Notes: a model not told the origin generated them from the letters alone. Counted from the first letter of the stretch, positions 19,140-29,377 are shown. The stretch: DNA of 64,000 nt from Candidatus Latescibacterota bacterium (GCA_965248265.1 CBDFJF010000002.1:4077829-4141828); one strand, 5' to 3'. A program made the numbers and translations.

Positions 19140-20660
19140 CTAAGCTCCCTTTTTTTTATCTGGGGTTTGGATGGTAACTCCCAGAAGCTCACGCACAAGC
19201 CGTGAGAGGTTGCCGGGTCTCAAATCACCGGGAAAGGCCGGGCCGACGGAGAAATACGAGGTCGGGATTCCGCTGTGGGCGGCCGCGCTCACAGCGGCAC
19301 CGCGACGCACCGCCTCGTCCATTTTCGTGAACAGCAGTCGGCGTGGCGTCGAAAAGACACTCGTCGATTGGATCACATCGAGCATATGCTCATAGGCGGT
19401 CAGTCCATCGATGACCACCTGGATCTCGTCGGCTTGGGCAGCTTCCAACAGGCACCGTTGGGATTCACGCTCCTCCTGTTCGTTAGGTCCACATCCAGCC
19501 GTATCGATGAGAACCAGTCGGGCTGAGATATGGCGCTTCAGTGCGGCACGCATCTCCTCCTCCGTGAGGGCGACTTCGTGCGATATGCCGGTGATCTGCG
19601 CCAAGCTGCGCATCTGATCCACTGCGCCCAGTCTGCGCTTGTCCGTCGTGACCATGAGTATGCGACGGGGATCATCGCCGATTGCCCTGGTTTTTCGGGT
19701 CGCGAAACCGGCGGCGATCTTGGCAGCCGCCGTGGTCTTTCCGGACCCCGACAGACCTACGAAGCCGATGACATTACGGCGCTTCGAAGCCACTCGAATA
19801 TCGCAGCGCTCAGGAAGGAGCTCACCCATTTTCTGAGCCGCCAGGGAGTGCACCTTGTCGCGGTCGTCCAGTGCGGCGCCTTCCAGCTCGGAATAGACCA
19901 TGTGGATGCACTGACATACCAGGGTCTCGCTCACTCCCCCGGCGCGCAGTCGATCCGCCATGTGGCTGACTTCACCTGGCAATACGAATTGTGCCGGGGC
20001 CTGACGTTCGATTTTGGAGATCGTCTCCTGCAGTTTTTGCAGCTGGTGTGCGACCGAACCGCTGGCCTGGCGCAACTCCAAACCCGCCAGATCGGCGGTG
20101 GCATTCGCTGTCGATGCCTCAATGTTCTGGATGGAAACCTCGAGGTCCGATGCGGTATCGGTGGTGGCCTCCGCAACATCAAGGTGTACACGCGACTCTT
20201 GGGGTGCCCCGCTTTCTGGTTCCAGCTCTGGCGCGAACTCACGGGCAACCCTTCTGGCGCTCTCCAATGCCGACTCCAGGGGGTTGCCTGATGATGCTGG
20301 AACATTACCCGCAATCACCGGCGAAGGTGCCAGGCTGGACAATCCCCCTCCTCCTCCCGCGAACAGGGCAGGCGTGTGAATACTCCCCCTAACCCCGGGA
20401 GTCTCCGTACGCTGATCTCGGACTGAGCGCCGAGCCGGTGCTGACGCGGACCGCACGACTGGTGACGTCAAAACACCGGGCACTGCGCCCTGCTCCAGGC
20501 CGGCGGTAACTTCAACGTTGGCGGGTGTGCGGGCGTGACCGCGATCACCTCTGCCGCCGATCTTTCTCGAATCGAGTATTACCGCTTCGGGCCCCAGGTC
20601 TTCACGCACCTGCTGCAGGGCTTGCGGCATGCTCCTCGCTGTGTATTTCTTGATTCTCAT
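19140..20660 (-). CDS. flhF: Flagellar SRP-type GTPase FlhF
   Basis: MRIKKYTARSMPQALQQVREDLGPEAVIL N-terminus; GSGKTT, DTAG, TKMDE; follows flhA. Confidence 0.9.
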   Translation of the reverse strand: MRIKKYTARSMPQALQQVREDLGPEAVILDSRKIGGRGDRGHARTPANVEVTAGLEQGAVPGVLTSPVVRSASAPARRSVRDQRTETPGVRGSIHTPALFAGGGGGLSSLAPSPVIAGNVPASSGNPLESALESARRVAREFAPELEPESGAPQESRVHLDVAEATTDTASDLEVSIQNIEASTANATADLAGLELRQASGSVAHQLQKLQETISKIERQAPAQFVLPGEVSHMADRLRAGGVSETLVCQCIHMVYSELEGAALDDRDKVHSLAAQKMGELLPERCDIRVASKRRNVIGFVGLSGSGKTTAAAKIAAGFATRKTRAIGDDPRRILMVTTDKRRLGAVDQMRSLAQITGISHEVALTEEEMRAALKRHISARLVLIDTAGCGPNEQEERESQRCLLEAAQADEIQVVIDGLTAYEHMLDVIQSTSVFSTPRRLLFTKMDEAVRRGAAVSAAAHSGIPTSYFSVGPAFPGDLRPGNLSRLVRELLGVTIQTPDKKKGA

Positions 20661-22713
20661 CGTCGAATCGAATTACCCCGACGGCCGAGACTTCCACCTC
20701 TGGCGCAATCTCGTTGTACGAGAGCACGTACAGACTCGGAAAACTCGACGCCGTTAGTTTGCGGAAGGCCAGCCTCACGTGTGGCGCCGCGAGCACCACC
20801 GGTTGCTGACCGTTGGCTATCATCTGATCTATCAGGCTGTTCATCTGCTGGTAAATCAGGCCTGCCGCTTCTGGCGGCAGGGCCACCGTCACGCCAATGG
20901 GCGTGGAGTGGATGGATTCCTTGATCATCTCCTCAACCGCGTTGGAAACGGTCAGCACGTGAATGACCTCCTCAGGGGACTCCTTCAACAGCAGGTTACA
21001 GATGGATCTCCTGAGAGCCGTGCGCACATATTCCGTTAACACCTCTACGTCTTTGACTTCAGCATAGTCACCCAGCGTCTCGAGCACGGAGCGCAGATCC
21101 CTTACCGGTACGCGCTCAGTCAACAGGTTCTGCAGGACCCGCTGGAGTGACCCCAGCGTCACTGTCTGACTGTCAATCAGCTCTTCGACGATGGCGGGAT
21201 AGCTATTCTTGAACTCCTCGATCAAATGCTGCGTCTCCTGACGCCCCATCAGTTCGCCGGCGTTGCTGGCGATGACCTCGGTCAAATGAGTGGCGAGCAC
21301 GGCGCCGGGTTCGACGACGTTGTAGCCGAGCAACTCGGCGCGCTCGCGCAGATTCGGCGCGATCCAGATCGCCGGCAATCCAAAGGCAGGGTCCGTCGTC
21401 TTCGTGCCTTCGATCGGTCCCTCAGCCACACCCGGATCGATGGCCAACAGATTCTTGGCATGCAACTCACCCTTGGCGACTGGATCACCCTTGATCTTGA
21501 TCAGGTACTCACTTGGTTGCAGCTGGATGTTATCCCGTACCCGGACCGGCGGTACGATGAAGCCCATCTCCATGGCCGCGACCTTGCGGATCTGAACGAT
21601 GCGCTCTATCAAGTCACCACCCTGCTTGACGTCGACGAGTGGGACCAGCTGGTAGCCGATTTCCGCCTCCAGCAGATCGACCTTTAGATAGTCTTCCGGA
21701 CGCTCCTCCGGACGGGACTCCTCGTGTTGCAGCTGCAGTTCCTCGGCCTTGCGACGCTGAGCGAACACGCGCACGAGGAAGGCGATCCCGGCCAGAACCG
21801 TGCCGATGACCAGGAAGGGCCACGTCGGCAACCCGGGAATGAGCCCGAGAGCGATCAGCATCGGCCCGGCAATCAACCCGGCCTGCGGCCGGCGTGTCAG
21901 CTGCTCGTTGATATCACGCCCGAAATTCTCATCGGATGCCTGACGCGTGATGATGATGCCGGCGGCCGTGGAGGTGATCAGGGCTGGAATCTGAGTCACC
22001 AGCCCATCACCGACCGTCAGCAGTGTGTAGGTTTGGGCCGCTTCAGCAAGGGTCAACGAATGCTGCATTACGCCGATGGCGAAACCGCCAATGATGTTTA
22101 TCAGCGTTATCAGAATTCCGGCGACGGCGTCGCCACGGACGAACTTGCTGGCACCGTCCATGGCCCCATAGAAGTCCGCTTCTTTGGCAATTTCCTCACG
22201 GCGCTTGCGAGCCTGATCTTCGTCGACCAGACCGGCGTTCAGATCGGCGTCGATGGCCATCTGCTTGCCGGGCATGGCATCAAGGGTGAATCGCGCCGCC
22301 ACCTCTGCGATACGGCCGGCGCCCTTCGTGATCACGACAAACTGGATGATGATAACGATGACGAAGATGATGAAACCGATGATGTAATTGCCCTGAACGA
22401 CGACGTCGCCGAAAGCGGCGATCAGGTCACCGGCATTCGCCTGGCTGAGAATCAGACGCGTGGACGCCACATTCAACGACAAGCGAAACAGGGTCAGCAC
22501 GAGCAGCAACCCTGGGAACACGGACAGTTCGAGCGGTGCCGTCACATAGATCGTCAACATCAGCACCAAGAGGGCGAGACTGATATTCAGCGTCAGCAGG
22601 AAGTCCATTATGTAGGTCGGCAACGGTACGATCATCACCCCGAGGATGACGACGACACCGACCGCCAGCAGAGCATCCGACTGCTTGGCTAACTTTCTCA
22701 GGAAAGCGCCCAT
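20602..22713 (-). CDS. flhA: Flagellar export gate FlhA
   Basis: LFRLSLNVASTRLIL; RIAEVAARFTLDAMPGKQMAIDADLNAG; FYGAMDGASKFVRGDAVAG. Confidence 0.97.
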   Translation of the reverse strand: MGAFLRKLAKQSDALLAVGVVVILGVMIVPLPTYIMDFLLTLNISLALLVLMLTIYVTAPLELSVFPGLLLVLTLFRLSLNVASTRLILSQANAGDLIAAFGDVVVQGNYIIGFIIFVIVIIIQFVVITKGAGRIAEVAARFTLDAMPGKQMAIDADLNAGLVDEDQARKRREEIAKEADFYGAMDGASKFVRGDAVAGILITLINIIGGFAIGVMQHSLTLAEAAQTYTLLTVGDGLVTQIPALITSTAAGIIITRQASDENFGRDINEQLTRRPQAGLIAGPMLIALGLIPGLPTWPFLVIGTVLAGIAFLVRVFAQRRKAEELQLQHEESRPEERPEDYLKVDLLEAEIGYQLVPLVDVKQGGDLIERIVQIRKVAAMEMGFIVPPVRVRDNIQLQPSEYLIKIKGDPVAKGELHAKNLLAIDPGVAEGPIEGTKTTDPAFGLPAIWIAPNLRERAELLGYNVVEPGAVLATHLTEVIASNAGELMGRQETQHLIEEFKNSYPAIVEELIDSQTVTLGSLQRVLQNLLTERVPVRDLRSVLETLGDYAEVKDVEVLTEYVRTALRRSICNLLLKESPEEVIHVLTVSNAVEEMIKESIHSTPIGVTVALPPEAAGLIYQQMNSLIDQMIANGQQPVVLAAPHVRLAFRKLTASSFPSLYVLSYNEIAPEVEVSAVGVIRFDDENQEIHSEEHAASPAAGA

Positions 22714-23801
22714 CAGACACCCACCTCTGTGGCGACCTGCTTGCCCCGTCGCATCTGGAAGACGAACGCCAATACCTCAGCCGTTGCACGAAAGAGGTCT
22801 TCGGGGATTTCCTGCCCTACCTGTACGGCCTTGAACAGGGCCCGCGCCAGGGGTTTGTTCTCCACGATGGGCACGCCCGCCTCACGCGCTAATTCCTTGA
22901 TTTTTTGAGCAACCAGGCGCTGGCCTTTGGCCATGACGATCGGAGCTACCATGTTCGCGGGATCGTATTTCAGAGCTACCGCAACATGCGTCGGGTTGGC
23001 CACCACTACGTCGGATTCACCCACGTCAGACATCATGCGCTTGCGCGACATGTCGCGCTGCAGCGAGCGCACCCGCGAGCGCAGGACGGGATCACCTTCC
23101 TGCTGTTTCTGCTCTTCCTTCAGTTCCTGCTTGGTCATCTTCAGGTTGTTCTCGTAGTCCCACCGCTGGAAGGCGTAATCGAGCACCGCCAACAACAGCA
23201 GGACCAAGGCTATCCGGAACCCGAGATCCAGCACGATATCAGCACCGAGTCCGAAGATCTGCCCGATGGACATGTCGATGAGGGCCAGAAGGGTGTCGGC
23301 CTCGGACTCCAGGGTCATGTAGGTGATGACGGCGACGATGCCGATCTTGAAAAGCCCCTTGGCGAGTTCGACAAGCCCTTTTTTCGAGAATATTCGTTTC
23401 ACTCCCGCCAGCGGACTGATACGCTCAGCCTTGGGTTGCAGTGGCTGTCCGGTGAACAGCACCCCTACCTGCGAGACGTTGATGCCGACGGCGGCGATCA
23501 CCAGCATCATGACCAATGGTGCCACGATGGCAACAAACCCGGTCACCCAGCGCTCGACATGCGGCTGTATCGTGAGCGGGTCGATGTTGATCGTCATTCC
23601 GTTCGTAAACATCTCGATCATTAGCCCACTCATGCGATCGTACATGTAGCCGCCCAGCCCCCACAGAGCTAGCAGCCCCATCATCAGAATCGCGACCGAA
23701 CTGAGTTCGGCGCTGCGGGCCACCTGCCCCTTCTTGCGGGCATCATCGCGCCGTTTCGGCGTTGCCTGCTCGGTTTTTTCCTGGAATGACTCTTCAGCCA
23801 T
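22713..23801 (-). CDS. flhB: Flagellar export switch FlhB
   Basis: EKTEQATPKR; KMTKQELKEE..EGDP; NPTH autocleavage motif. Confidence 0.97.
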   Translation of the reverse strand: MAEESFQEKTEQATPKRRDDARKKGQVARSAELSSVAILMMGLLALWGLGGYMYDRMSGLMIEMFTNGMTINIDPLTIQPHVERWVTGFVAIVAPLVMMLVIAAVGINVSQVGVLFTGQPLQPKAERISPLAGVKRIFSKKGLVELAKGLFKIGIVAVITYMTLESEADTLLALIDMSIGQIFGLGADIVLDLGFRIALVLLLLAVLDYAFQRWDYENNLKMTKQELKEEQKQQEGDPVLRSRVRSLQRDMSRKRMMSDVGESDVVVANPTHVAVALKYDPANMVAPIVMAKGQRLVAQKIKELAREAGVPIVENKPLARALFKAVQVGQEIPEDLFRATAEVLAFVFQMRRGKQVATEVGV

Positions 23802-23819
23802 GACTAGCTCACATCTCCC

Positions 23820-24593
23820 TCATCCACCGAGCAACCGGACTACCGTGACGAGATCGCGTTCCAGCACATGAACTACGCGCTCCATCACCAGGTAGAAGAG
23901 AGGTAACGACAGGGACAACGCGGTCATGCCAACGCCGATCTGAACAGGAAAGCCGACGATGAAGACGTTCATCTGGGGCACTGTTCGCGCCAGAATGCCC
24001 ATGGCGACCGACACCAGGAACAGAGCCACGAGGATCGGGGCGCTGATCTTCACCGCGACCACGAAGACTTCCGCGCATAGCGCCATCAGTTTCTCCATCA
24101 CCGCCACGGGTAGCGTCACTCCGCCTAGAGGCACGACGTCGAAGCTGTGAAGCAGACCGTTCAGGATTACGTGATGGCCATTCATTGACAGCAGAATCAG
24201 GATTGCCAGAATGTTCAGAAACTGACCCAGGATAGAGATCTGGTTGCTCGATTGCGGATCGATGACGTTGACGATGCCGAATCCCATCTGCAACCCGGCG
24301 AGCTGTCCGGCGAACTGAATCCCAACGAAGACCAGCAGTACGATGAATCCGAGGATCAGTCCCATGATCACTTCGCTCATCATCATGAAGACATACGCGA
24401 AGATCCCCTCTGGCACCTCGAAGCCGCGATCGGCCACGATCGGGAACACGATCAACGACACCATGAACGCCAGTCCTACTTTCCCTCGTGACAGGTAGCT
24501 GCGATGCCCGAAAATGGGTGCCGCGATCAATACCGCGCTCACGCGCAGCAGAATCAGCAGCAGGATATGAAATTGACTGAGCCAGTATTCCAT
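23820..24593 (-). CDS. fliR: Flagellar export protein FliR
   Basis: LRVSAVLIAAPIFG; AGQLAGLQMGFG; GILARTVPQMNVF. Confidence 0.95.
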   Translation of the reverse strand: MEYWLSQFHILLLILLRVSAVLIAAPIFGHRSYLSRGKVGLAFMVSLIVFPIVADRGFEVPEGIFAYVFMMMSEVIMGLILGFIVLLVFVGIQFAGQLAGLQMGFGIVNVIDPQSSNQISILGQFLNILAILILLSMNGHHVILNGLLHSFDVVPLGGVTLPVAVMEKLMALCAEVFVVAVKISAPILVALFLVSVAMGILARTVPQMNVFIVGFPVQIGVGMTALSLSLPLFYLVMERVVHVLERDLVTVVRLLGG

Positions 24594-24596
24594 TCA

Positions 24597-24866
24597 TCAG
24601 CCGATCACGACGGGGATGCTGGAGATGAGCCGGTGGGTGAAATCGACGACCTGTTGCATCATCCACGGCAGAATCAGGAGAATGGTCACTCCAACTGCCA
24701 CGATTTTCGGGATGAACGTCAGGGTCATTTCGTGAACTTGGGTCACGGCCTGGAAGATGCTGACCGCGAGACCGACGACGAGGGCGACTATCAGTATCGG
24801 TCCCCCGATCATCAGCACCAGCAGCATGGCCTCCTGTCCCAGTTTGACGACGTATTCAGGAGTCAT
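24597..24866 (-). CDS. fliQ: Flagellar export protein FliQ
   Basis: VGLAVSIFQAVTQVHEMTLTFIPK. Confidence 0.96.
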   Translation of the reverse strand: MTPEYVVKLGQEAMLLVLMIGGPILIVALVVGLAVSIFQAVTQVHEMTLTFIPKIVAVGVTILLILPWMMQQVVDFTHRLISSIPVVIG

Positions 24867-24918
24867 CGGATCTTAAATTCCTCGACGAATCGTGGCCCGC
24901 CCGGAGGCTTGACCACGG

Positions 24919-25704
24919 TCAGTTAAAGCTCCGAACGAGCGAATGCACCACCAGATTCCACCCGTCAACGAGGACGAACAGGAGAATCTTGAAAGGCAGA
25001 GAAACGACGATCGGAGGCAGCATCATCATACCCATGGACAGCAGAACACTGGAGACGACCAGATCGATCACCAGGAAGGGTATGAAGAGGACGAACCCTA
25101 TCTGAAAGGCGGTGCGCAGCTCACTGATGATGAAACTCGGAATCAACACAGTATTCGGAACCTCAGCCCTGTTCTGCGGTTTATCGACACGGGCAAGGCG
25201 CACGAACAGGGCCATGTCCTTGGGCCGTGTCTGCTTCAACATGAACTCCCGCATCGGCTCCATGCCGCGATCCAGCGCTTCCTTGTAGGGAATCTCGTCT
25301 TCCATCAATGGCTGTAAGGCCTCGTCGTTGACGCGCTCGAGGGCCGGCCCCATCACGAAGAAAGTCAGGAACAGGGACAAGCCGACGATCAACTGATTCG
25401 GCGGCATCTGCCCGTGGGTTCCGATCGCGGTGCGGAGGAACGACAACACGACGACGATTCGAGTAAACGATGTCATCATGATCAGTATGGACGGAGCCAG
25501 AGACAGAATCGTCAGCAGAAAAATGATCTGCAGAGACACGGCAGCATCCCCACCTTCCACGGCATCCTCTACCTGCAGACTGAGTTTTGGTATGGTCTGG
25601 GCTTCAGCGAAGTCCATCCCGGTAACCGGGATCAGGGCGATGAAGGCGAGGACGAGGAAGACGGTGTTCCGTACGGCGAGCCGGCGGCCCTGCATGTCAC
25701 TCAT
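24919..25704 (-). CDS. fliP: Flagellar export protein FliP
   Basis: LSLAPSILIMMTSFTRI; PPNQ; SMGMMMLPP..SLPFKILLFVLVDGW. Confidence 0.97.
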   Translation of the reverse strand: MSDMQGRRLAVRNTVFLVLAFIALIPVTGMDFAEAQTIPKLSLQVEDAVEGGDAAVSLQIIFLLTILSLAPSILIMMTSFTRIVVVLSFLRTAIGTHGQMPPNQLIVGLSLFLTFFVMGPALERVNDEALQPLMEDEIPYKEALDRGMEPMREFMLKQTRPKDMALFVRLARVDKPQNRAEVPNTVLIPSFIISELRTAFQIGFVLFIPFLVIDLVVSSVLLSMGMMMLPPIVVSLPFKILLFVLVDGWNLVVHSLVRSFN

Positions 25705-26330
25705 GGTGCACTGACCTCCCCACGCAGGTGCCGAGACGGCTCTTTGTTGGAAAGGATCGAGCGAAACTGAGCGACGAAGGAGTTGCCATCACTGTCTGCA
25801 GGATCAGTGACCACCGGCAAATCCTCATCATCGAGTTGTGCCAGGGTGGTGATGCTGCCTTCGGTCACACCCAGAGCCAGAGCGCGCTGCCCGATCCTGA
25901 CCAGGCAGATCGACTTCTTGGGACCCAGGTAACTGCGCTCGAGTACTCGAATCCTGCCTGTATTGGCCGAAAACTGCTTGCCCAGGGAGCTCTTTCGCAG
26001 TACCGCGACCGAACCCCATACCAGCAGGATCACGACCCCCAGACCCAGACCAAGCTTGAGGATGACGGAAAACATGGAAACCCCGGAAGCATCCCCTGTG
26101 ACCACTGAATCGTCGTAGGGGGCACTGACGTACGGCTCGACGATCTGCGTTGGCACCAGTTCGTCGGTCGTGGCCTCAACCGGGGAAGACTCAACGGCCG
26201 CCGCGGGAGCAGACGGTTGGCTGCCTTTATCCGCAGCTTCCAGCCCGGTTGACGGGGAGGAAAGCAGTAAGAAGAAAAAAGCAACTGTGGATTGGCCGGC
26301 GCCGGAGAGGTGCCGGATAGCTCTGCTCAT
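25701..26330 (-). CDS. fliO: FliO/FliZ-like export chaperone
   Basis: TM followed by IRVLERSYLGPKKSICLVRIGQRALALGVTEGSITTL; directly upstream of fliP; ATG 26330 chosen because it lies downstream of the sigma54 site. Confidence 0.85.
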   Translation of the reverse strand: MSRAIRHLSGAGQSTVAFFFLLLSSPSTGLEAADKGSQPSAPAAAVESSPVEATTDELVPTQIVEPYVSAPYDDSVVTGDASGVSMFSVILKLGLGLGVVILLVWGSVAVLRKSSLGKQFSANTGRIRVLERSYLGPKKSICLVRIGQRALALGVTEGSITTLAQLDDEDLPVVTDPADSDGNSFVAQFRSILSNKEPSRHLRGEVSAP

Positions 26331-26498
26331 GTGGTGACTCCGCTGATGACTGTTCGCTACGAACTGCCCAATTCGCTTCAAACAAACACATCCACGGGGT
26401 CTCGGCGCAGCCGAAAAACTCAGCGGCTGCTGTGAGACAAAAAGGCGCCGCGACTCCTCAGCCGCCAGCGGCTCTCCAGTGGTACCCGAGGTCCATTG

Positions 26499-26514
26499 AG
26501 CAAGTTGCATGCCT
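26499..26514 (-). promoter_or_regulatory. Candidate sigma54 (-24/-12) promoter for fliO-fliP-...
   Basis: Minus strand AGGCATGCAACTTGCT = GG-N10-GC with TTGC; intergenic, with AT-rich IHF-like tracts upstream (26596-26625, 26768-26797). Confidence 0.65.
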
Positions 26515-26834
26515 TGCCTGCCGGTGCTGGCAGAACAGGGTCCGGTCGGAGCCGAACCTCCACGCATGCGCGACGTCGATGACCGTCACCTTATTTATGT
26601 AACGTGTTGTAAAAACAGCGGATAGAAACTATGGAAGGAAGGATTTCGAATGGCGGCCAGATCCATATATCGTTATGGGGCCAAGCGACCTGTCGCCGGG
26701 ATATGCAGGAAAATGCTGCTGCTACGGGGGAAACATGTGCTGCCCCCCATCAATCAGGAATTTCTTACTTCAATTCATTTATTTACAATAGGTTATGTTC
26801 AATATGCTCTCCGCGTCCGCGTGGCAATTCGGGA

Positions 26835-27413
26835 TTAAACTCCGGACAACGGATTCACCAGTTCAGTCACCCTGACTCCGAAGTTCTCCGAGACCGTCAC
26901 TACTTCCCCTCTGGCGAACAACTCGCCATTCACCAGGACATCGACTGGCTCACCGACCGTTTTTTCGAGTTCGATCAATGACTGGTCTCCTAGTTCCATC
27001 ACTTCCTGGATGATCTTCTTTGTGCGCCCAAGCTCAATCGTGACCGTCAACCGCACATCCATGAGCCGCTCGATGTTCGGCGGCAGGCCAGCTGCCCCTC
27101 CTCCTATAGCGAGGCCGGCGGGAGCGCCCGGTGTGGCGCCACCTTCCTCCTCCATGGCCTTGAGCATCTCCGCTTCCATCATCTGGTCGACGTCCTCGGC
27201 TCCGCCGGCATCGTCGCCCTCTTCCTCCATCATGCGGAGCATCTCTTCGGCCAGGGGATCCATGTCTCCGGCGTCGTCCCCCTCACCGCCGTCGTCGGCG
27301 CTCATGGCTTCCTCCAGCGCCATGGCGTCATCCTCACCGACAGCATCACCGTCGTCGCCCACAGCGTCAGCCAGGGCCTCGTCCAGACCGTCCAGTTCCT
27401 CTTCTTCGGCCAT
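26835..27413 (-). CDS. fliN: Flagellar motor switch protein FliN with acidic N-terminal extension
   Basis: NIERLMDVRLTVTIELGRT...LEKTVGEPVDVLVNGELFARGEVVTVSENFGVRV. Confidence 0.93.
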   Translation of the reverse strand: MAEEEELDGLDEALADAVGDDGDAVGEDDAMALEEAMSADDGGEGDDAGDMDPLAEEMLRMMEEEGDDAGGAEDVDQMMEAEMLKAMEEEGGATPGAPAGLAIGGGAAGLPPNIERLMDVRLTVTIELGRTKKIIQEVMELGDQSLIELEKTVGEPVDVLVNGELFARGEVVTVSENFGVRVTELVNPLSGV

Positions 27414-27450
27414 CAGTCCATATCTCCCTGTATCATTCCCACGTTACGGC

Positions 27451-28524
27451 TTACTTGGTATCGATGTAGGGCACAGGGCGACTGCGATTCTTGAAGATCT
27501 CCTCGCTCTGTACCTCAATCGGTTGCAAGATCTGAACGGCGTTCTTGCGGCCAACCCGACCAGGACGCCCCAGAAACTTGGGCTCGTCTTGGACGTAGAC
27601 GATGGTGGGATCGTCGATTTCCGTATCCATCTTTAGCACATCACCCACCCGCAAGTCCTGCAGCTCCTGGAAGGACGCTGTCCCACGGCCGAGCTCGGCC
27701 CGCATCGGCATGTAGGTTTTCTGCAGCCGGTCTCTATTCTGGCGAATGGTCTCTTCCCGGTTCTGGCGCCCTTGTCTGACGTAGGTTTGTTGCCCGAGCC
27801 GCGGCAGAATCGATTCAAGCGTAAAGAAGGGATAACAGAGACTCACCAATCCAGAGGCATTGGTCGAATTCACCTCAAAAGCCAGCAGAATCACGATCTC
27901 ACTCGCTGCCGTTATCTGCATGAACTCAGGATTGGTCTCCAGCTCGATATCGGAGATTTCAACGCGCAGGATCGGTTCCCAAGTTGCTTCCAGGTCCTCC
28001 ACCACGCGCTTGACGATCTTGGCGATCACTCCCATCTCGATCTGTGATAGCTGACGGGCGTCCACTCCCTGAGACGAGCCCTTGCCTCCGAAAATGCGAT
28101 CGACGAAGGCGAAAACGACGGGCATGGCGAAATCGATGATGGCCTGACCGTTCGTCGGCCCCAGGGTGAACTGGTAGGAGCAGGAAGGATTGGACAACGA
28201 CATGATGAATTCAGCGTAGGTCGTCTGATCCACGAACGCCGTGTCGACATCGACCACGGCCCTCATCGCTCCGGAAAAGGTCGAGCTGAGCAGGCGCGCA
28301 AAGTTGTCATGCAGATTTTCCAGCGTGCGCAACTGATCCTTGTTGACTCGCGCCGGATGCTTGAAGTCATAGCTGGTGATGATGCGCTGCGCCGTCGCAT
28401 CCTCCATGCCACCACCACCGCCCCCCATGTCACCGAGGTCGGCGCCTCCGCCACCACCAGGATCGTCCGCTTCCGTCGCCGAAAGCAGTGCGTCTATTTC
28501 ATCTTGTGAAAGTATGTCACCCAT
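27451..28524 (-). CDS. fliM: Flagellar motor switch protein FliM
   Basis: MGDILSQDEIDALL CheY-binding peptide; YDFKHP; DRIFGGKG; C-terminal SpoA domain. Confidence 0.96.
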   Translation of the reverse strand: MGDILSQDEIDALLSATEADDPGGGGGADLGDMGGGGGGMEDATAQRIITSYDFKHPARVNKDQLRTLENLHDNFARLLSSTFSGAMRAVVDVDTAFVDQTTYAEFIMSLSNPSCSYQFTLGPTNGQAIIDFAMPVVFAFVDRIFGGKGSSQGVDARQLSQIEMGVIAKIVKRVVEDLEATWEPILRVEISDIELETNPEFMQITAASEIVILLAFEVNSTNASGLVSLCYPFFTLESILPRLGQQTYVRQGRQNREETIRQNRDRLQKTYMPMRAELGRGTASFQELQDLRVGDVLKMDTEIDDPTIVYVQDEPKFLGRPGRVGRKNAVQILQPIEVQSEEIFKNRSRPVPYIDTK

Positions 28525-28643
28525 CAGTCACTCTCCGTAACCATGTAATTCAAAACCAGTATGTATCGTCAACTTGTCAGTAAGACCTTGCCGCAACTTC
28601 GCTTTCTTCCCCCAAATCCCACCCGGTACGTGGTGATTGCCTG

Positions 28644-28695
28644 TGCAGAATCGGCCCGCCGATTCTGCAAAAGACTCGGCCAACGGCCGAGTCTT
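28644..28695 (-). terminator. Two adjacent perfect hairpins after fliL; one is a terminator
   Basis: AAGACTCGGCC-aac-GGCCGAGTCTT (28671-28695, ending in TTTT on minus) and TGCAGAATCGGC-cc-GCCGATTCTGCA (28644-28669). Confidence 0.75.
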
Positions 28696-28703
28696 CCTCT
28701 TCA

Positions 28704-29327
28704 TCATTGGATGATGATCGCCGTCGCGATGATCTCCTGGATACTGACCCTCTTCTTGCTGTCTGAATCCGGCTCTACCCAGGCGATCTTCGAGAAGACC
28801 TCCTCGTTCAGAGCCGATTTCACGTCCTTCCACACCTCTTGGACATTCATGGACTCCAGGTCGTCGATCGTCTTCTCCCGCAGCACGCGCAATATGGTGC
28901 GTCTGATCAGCTTCATATTGGCGTCAACCAAGGCCAGTGAACCAGCATCCGCACCGATCTCGGCCGGCGTCATCGGCGTACCTTCTTCGTTCGTCGCCAT
29001 CAGTCCGAGCACAATTTCCAGCACCGCAAAGCGTTCAGAATTCGTTTCGGCCGGATTGAACGTAATCTTGATGCCCTCAGCCGGGTGCTGGTATGGAAGT
29101 CCCGTGCCCTCCTCCTCGCTCTCCGCCAACTGCACCTGCTGCTGCGGGATCAGCGGATCGCCTGGATCCCTGTCATCCGGCGAGCCCGAATCCATTAAGG
29201 TCTTGATCACAACCCAGGCTACGACGACCTGCACCAGTAGCACGATAGCCGCAAGAGGCCCGTACTTCTTGAGTACGCTTCCGCCTGCCGGGGCAGGCCC
29301 GCCTGCTGCTTCATCTTCTTCGGCCAT
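28704..29327 (-). CDS. fliL: Flagellar basal-body protein FliL
   Basis: Single N-terminal TM, ITFNPA...IRRTILRVLREKT...IIIQ C-terminus; sits between motB and fliM. Confidence 0.8.
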   Translation of the reverse strand: MAEEDEAAGGPAPAGGSVLKKYGPLAAIVLLVQVVVAWVVIKTLMDSGSPDDRDPGDPLIPQQQVQLAESEEEGTGLPYQHPAEGIKITFNPAETNSERFAVLEIVLGLMATNEEGTPMTPAEIGADAGSLALVDANMKLIRRTILRVLREKTIDDLESMNVQEVWKDVKSALNEEVFSKIAWVEPDSDSKKRVSIQEIIATAIIIQ

Positions 29328-29377
29328 CAGTCTTTCCTTTGTTTACCTATTCCCTACGCGCGCTTATCGCGCGTCAG

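Noticed and set aside
26331-26567. Long N-terminal extension of FliO given by the ORF track
   Set aside because: It would span the sigma54 promoter candidate and looks non-coding; a downstream ATG is more plausible.
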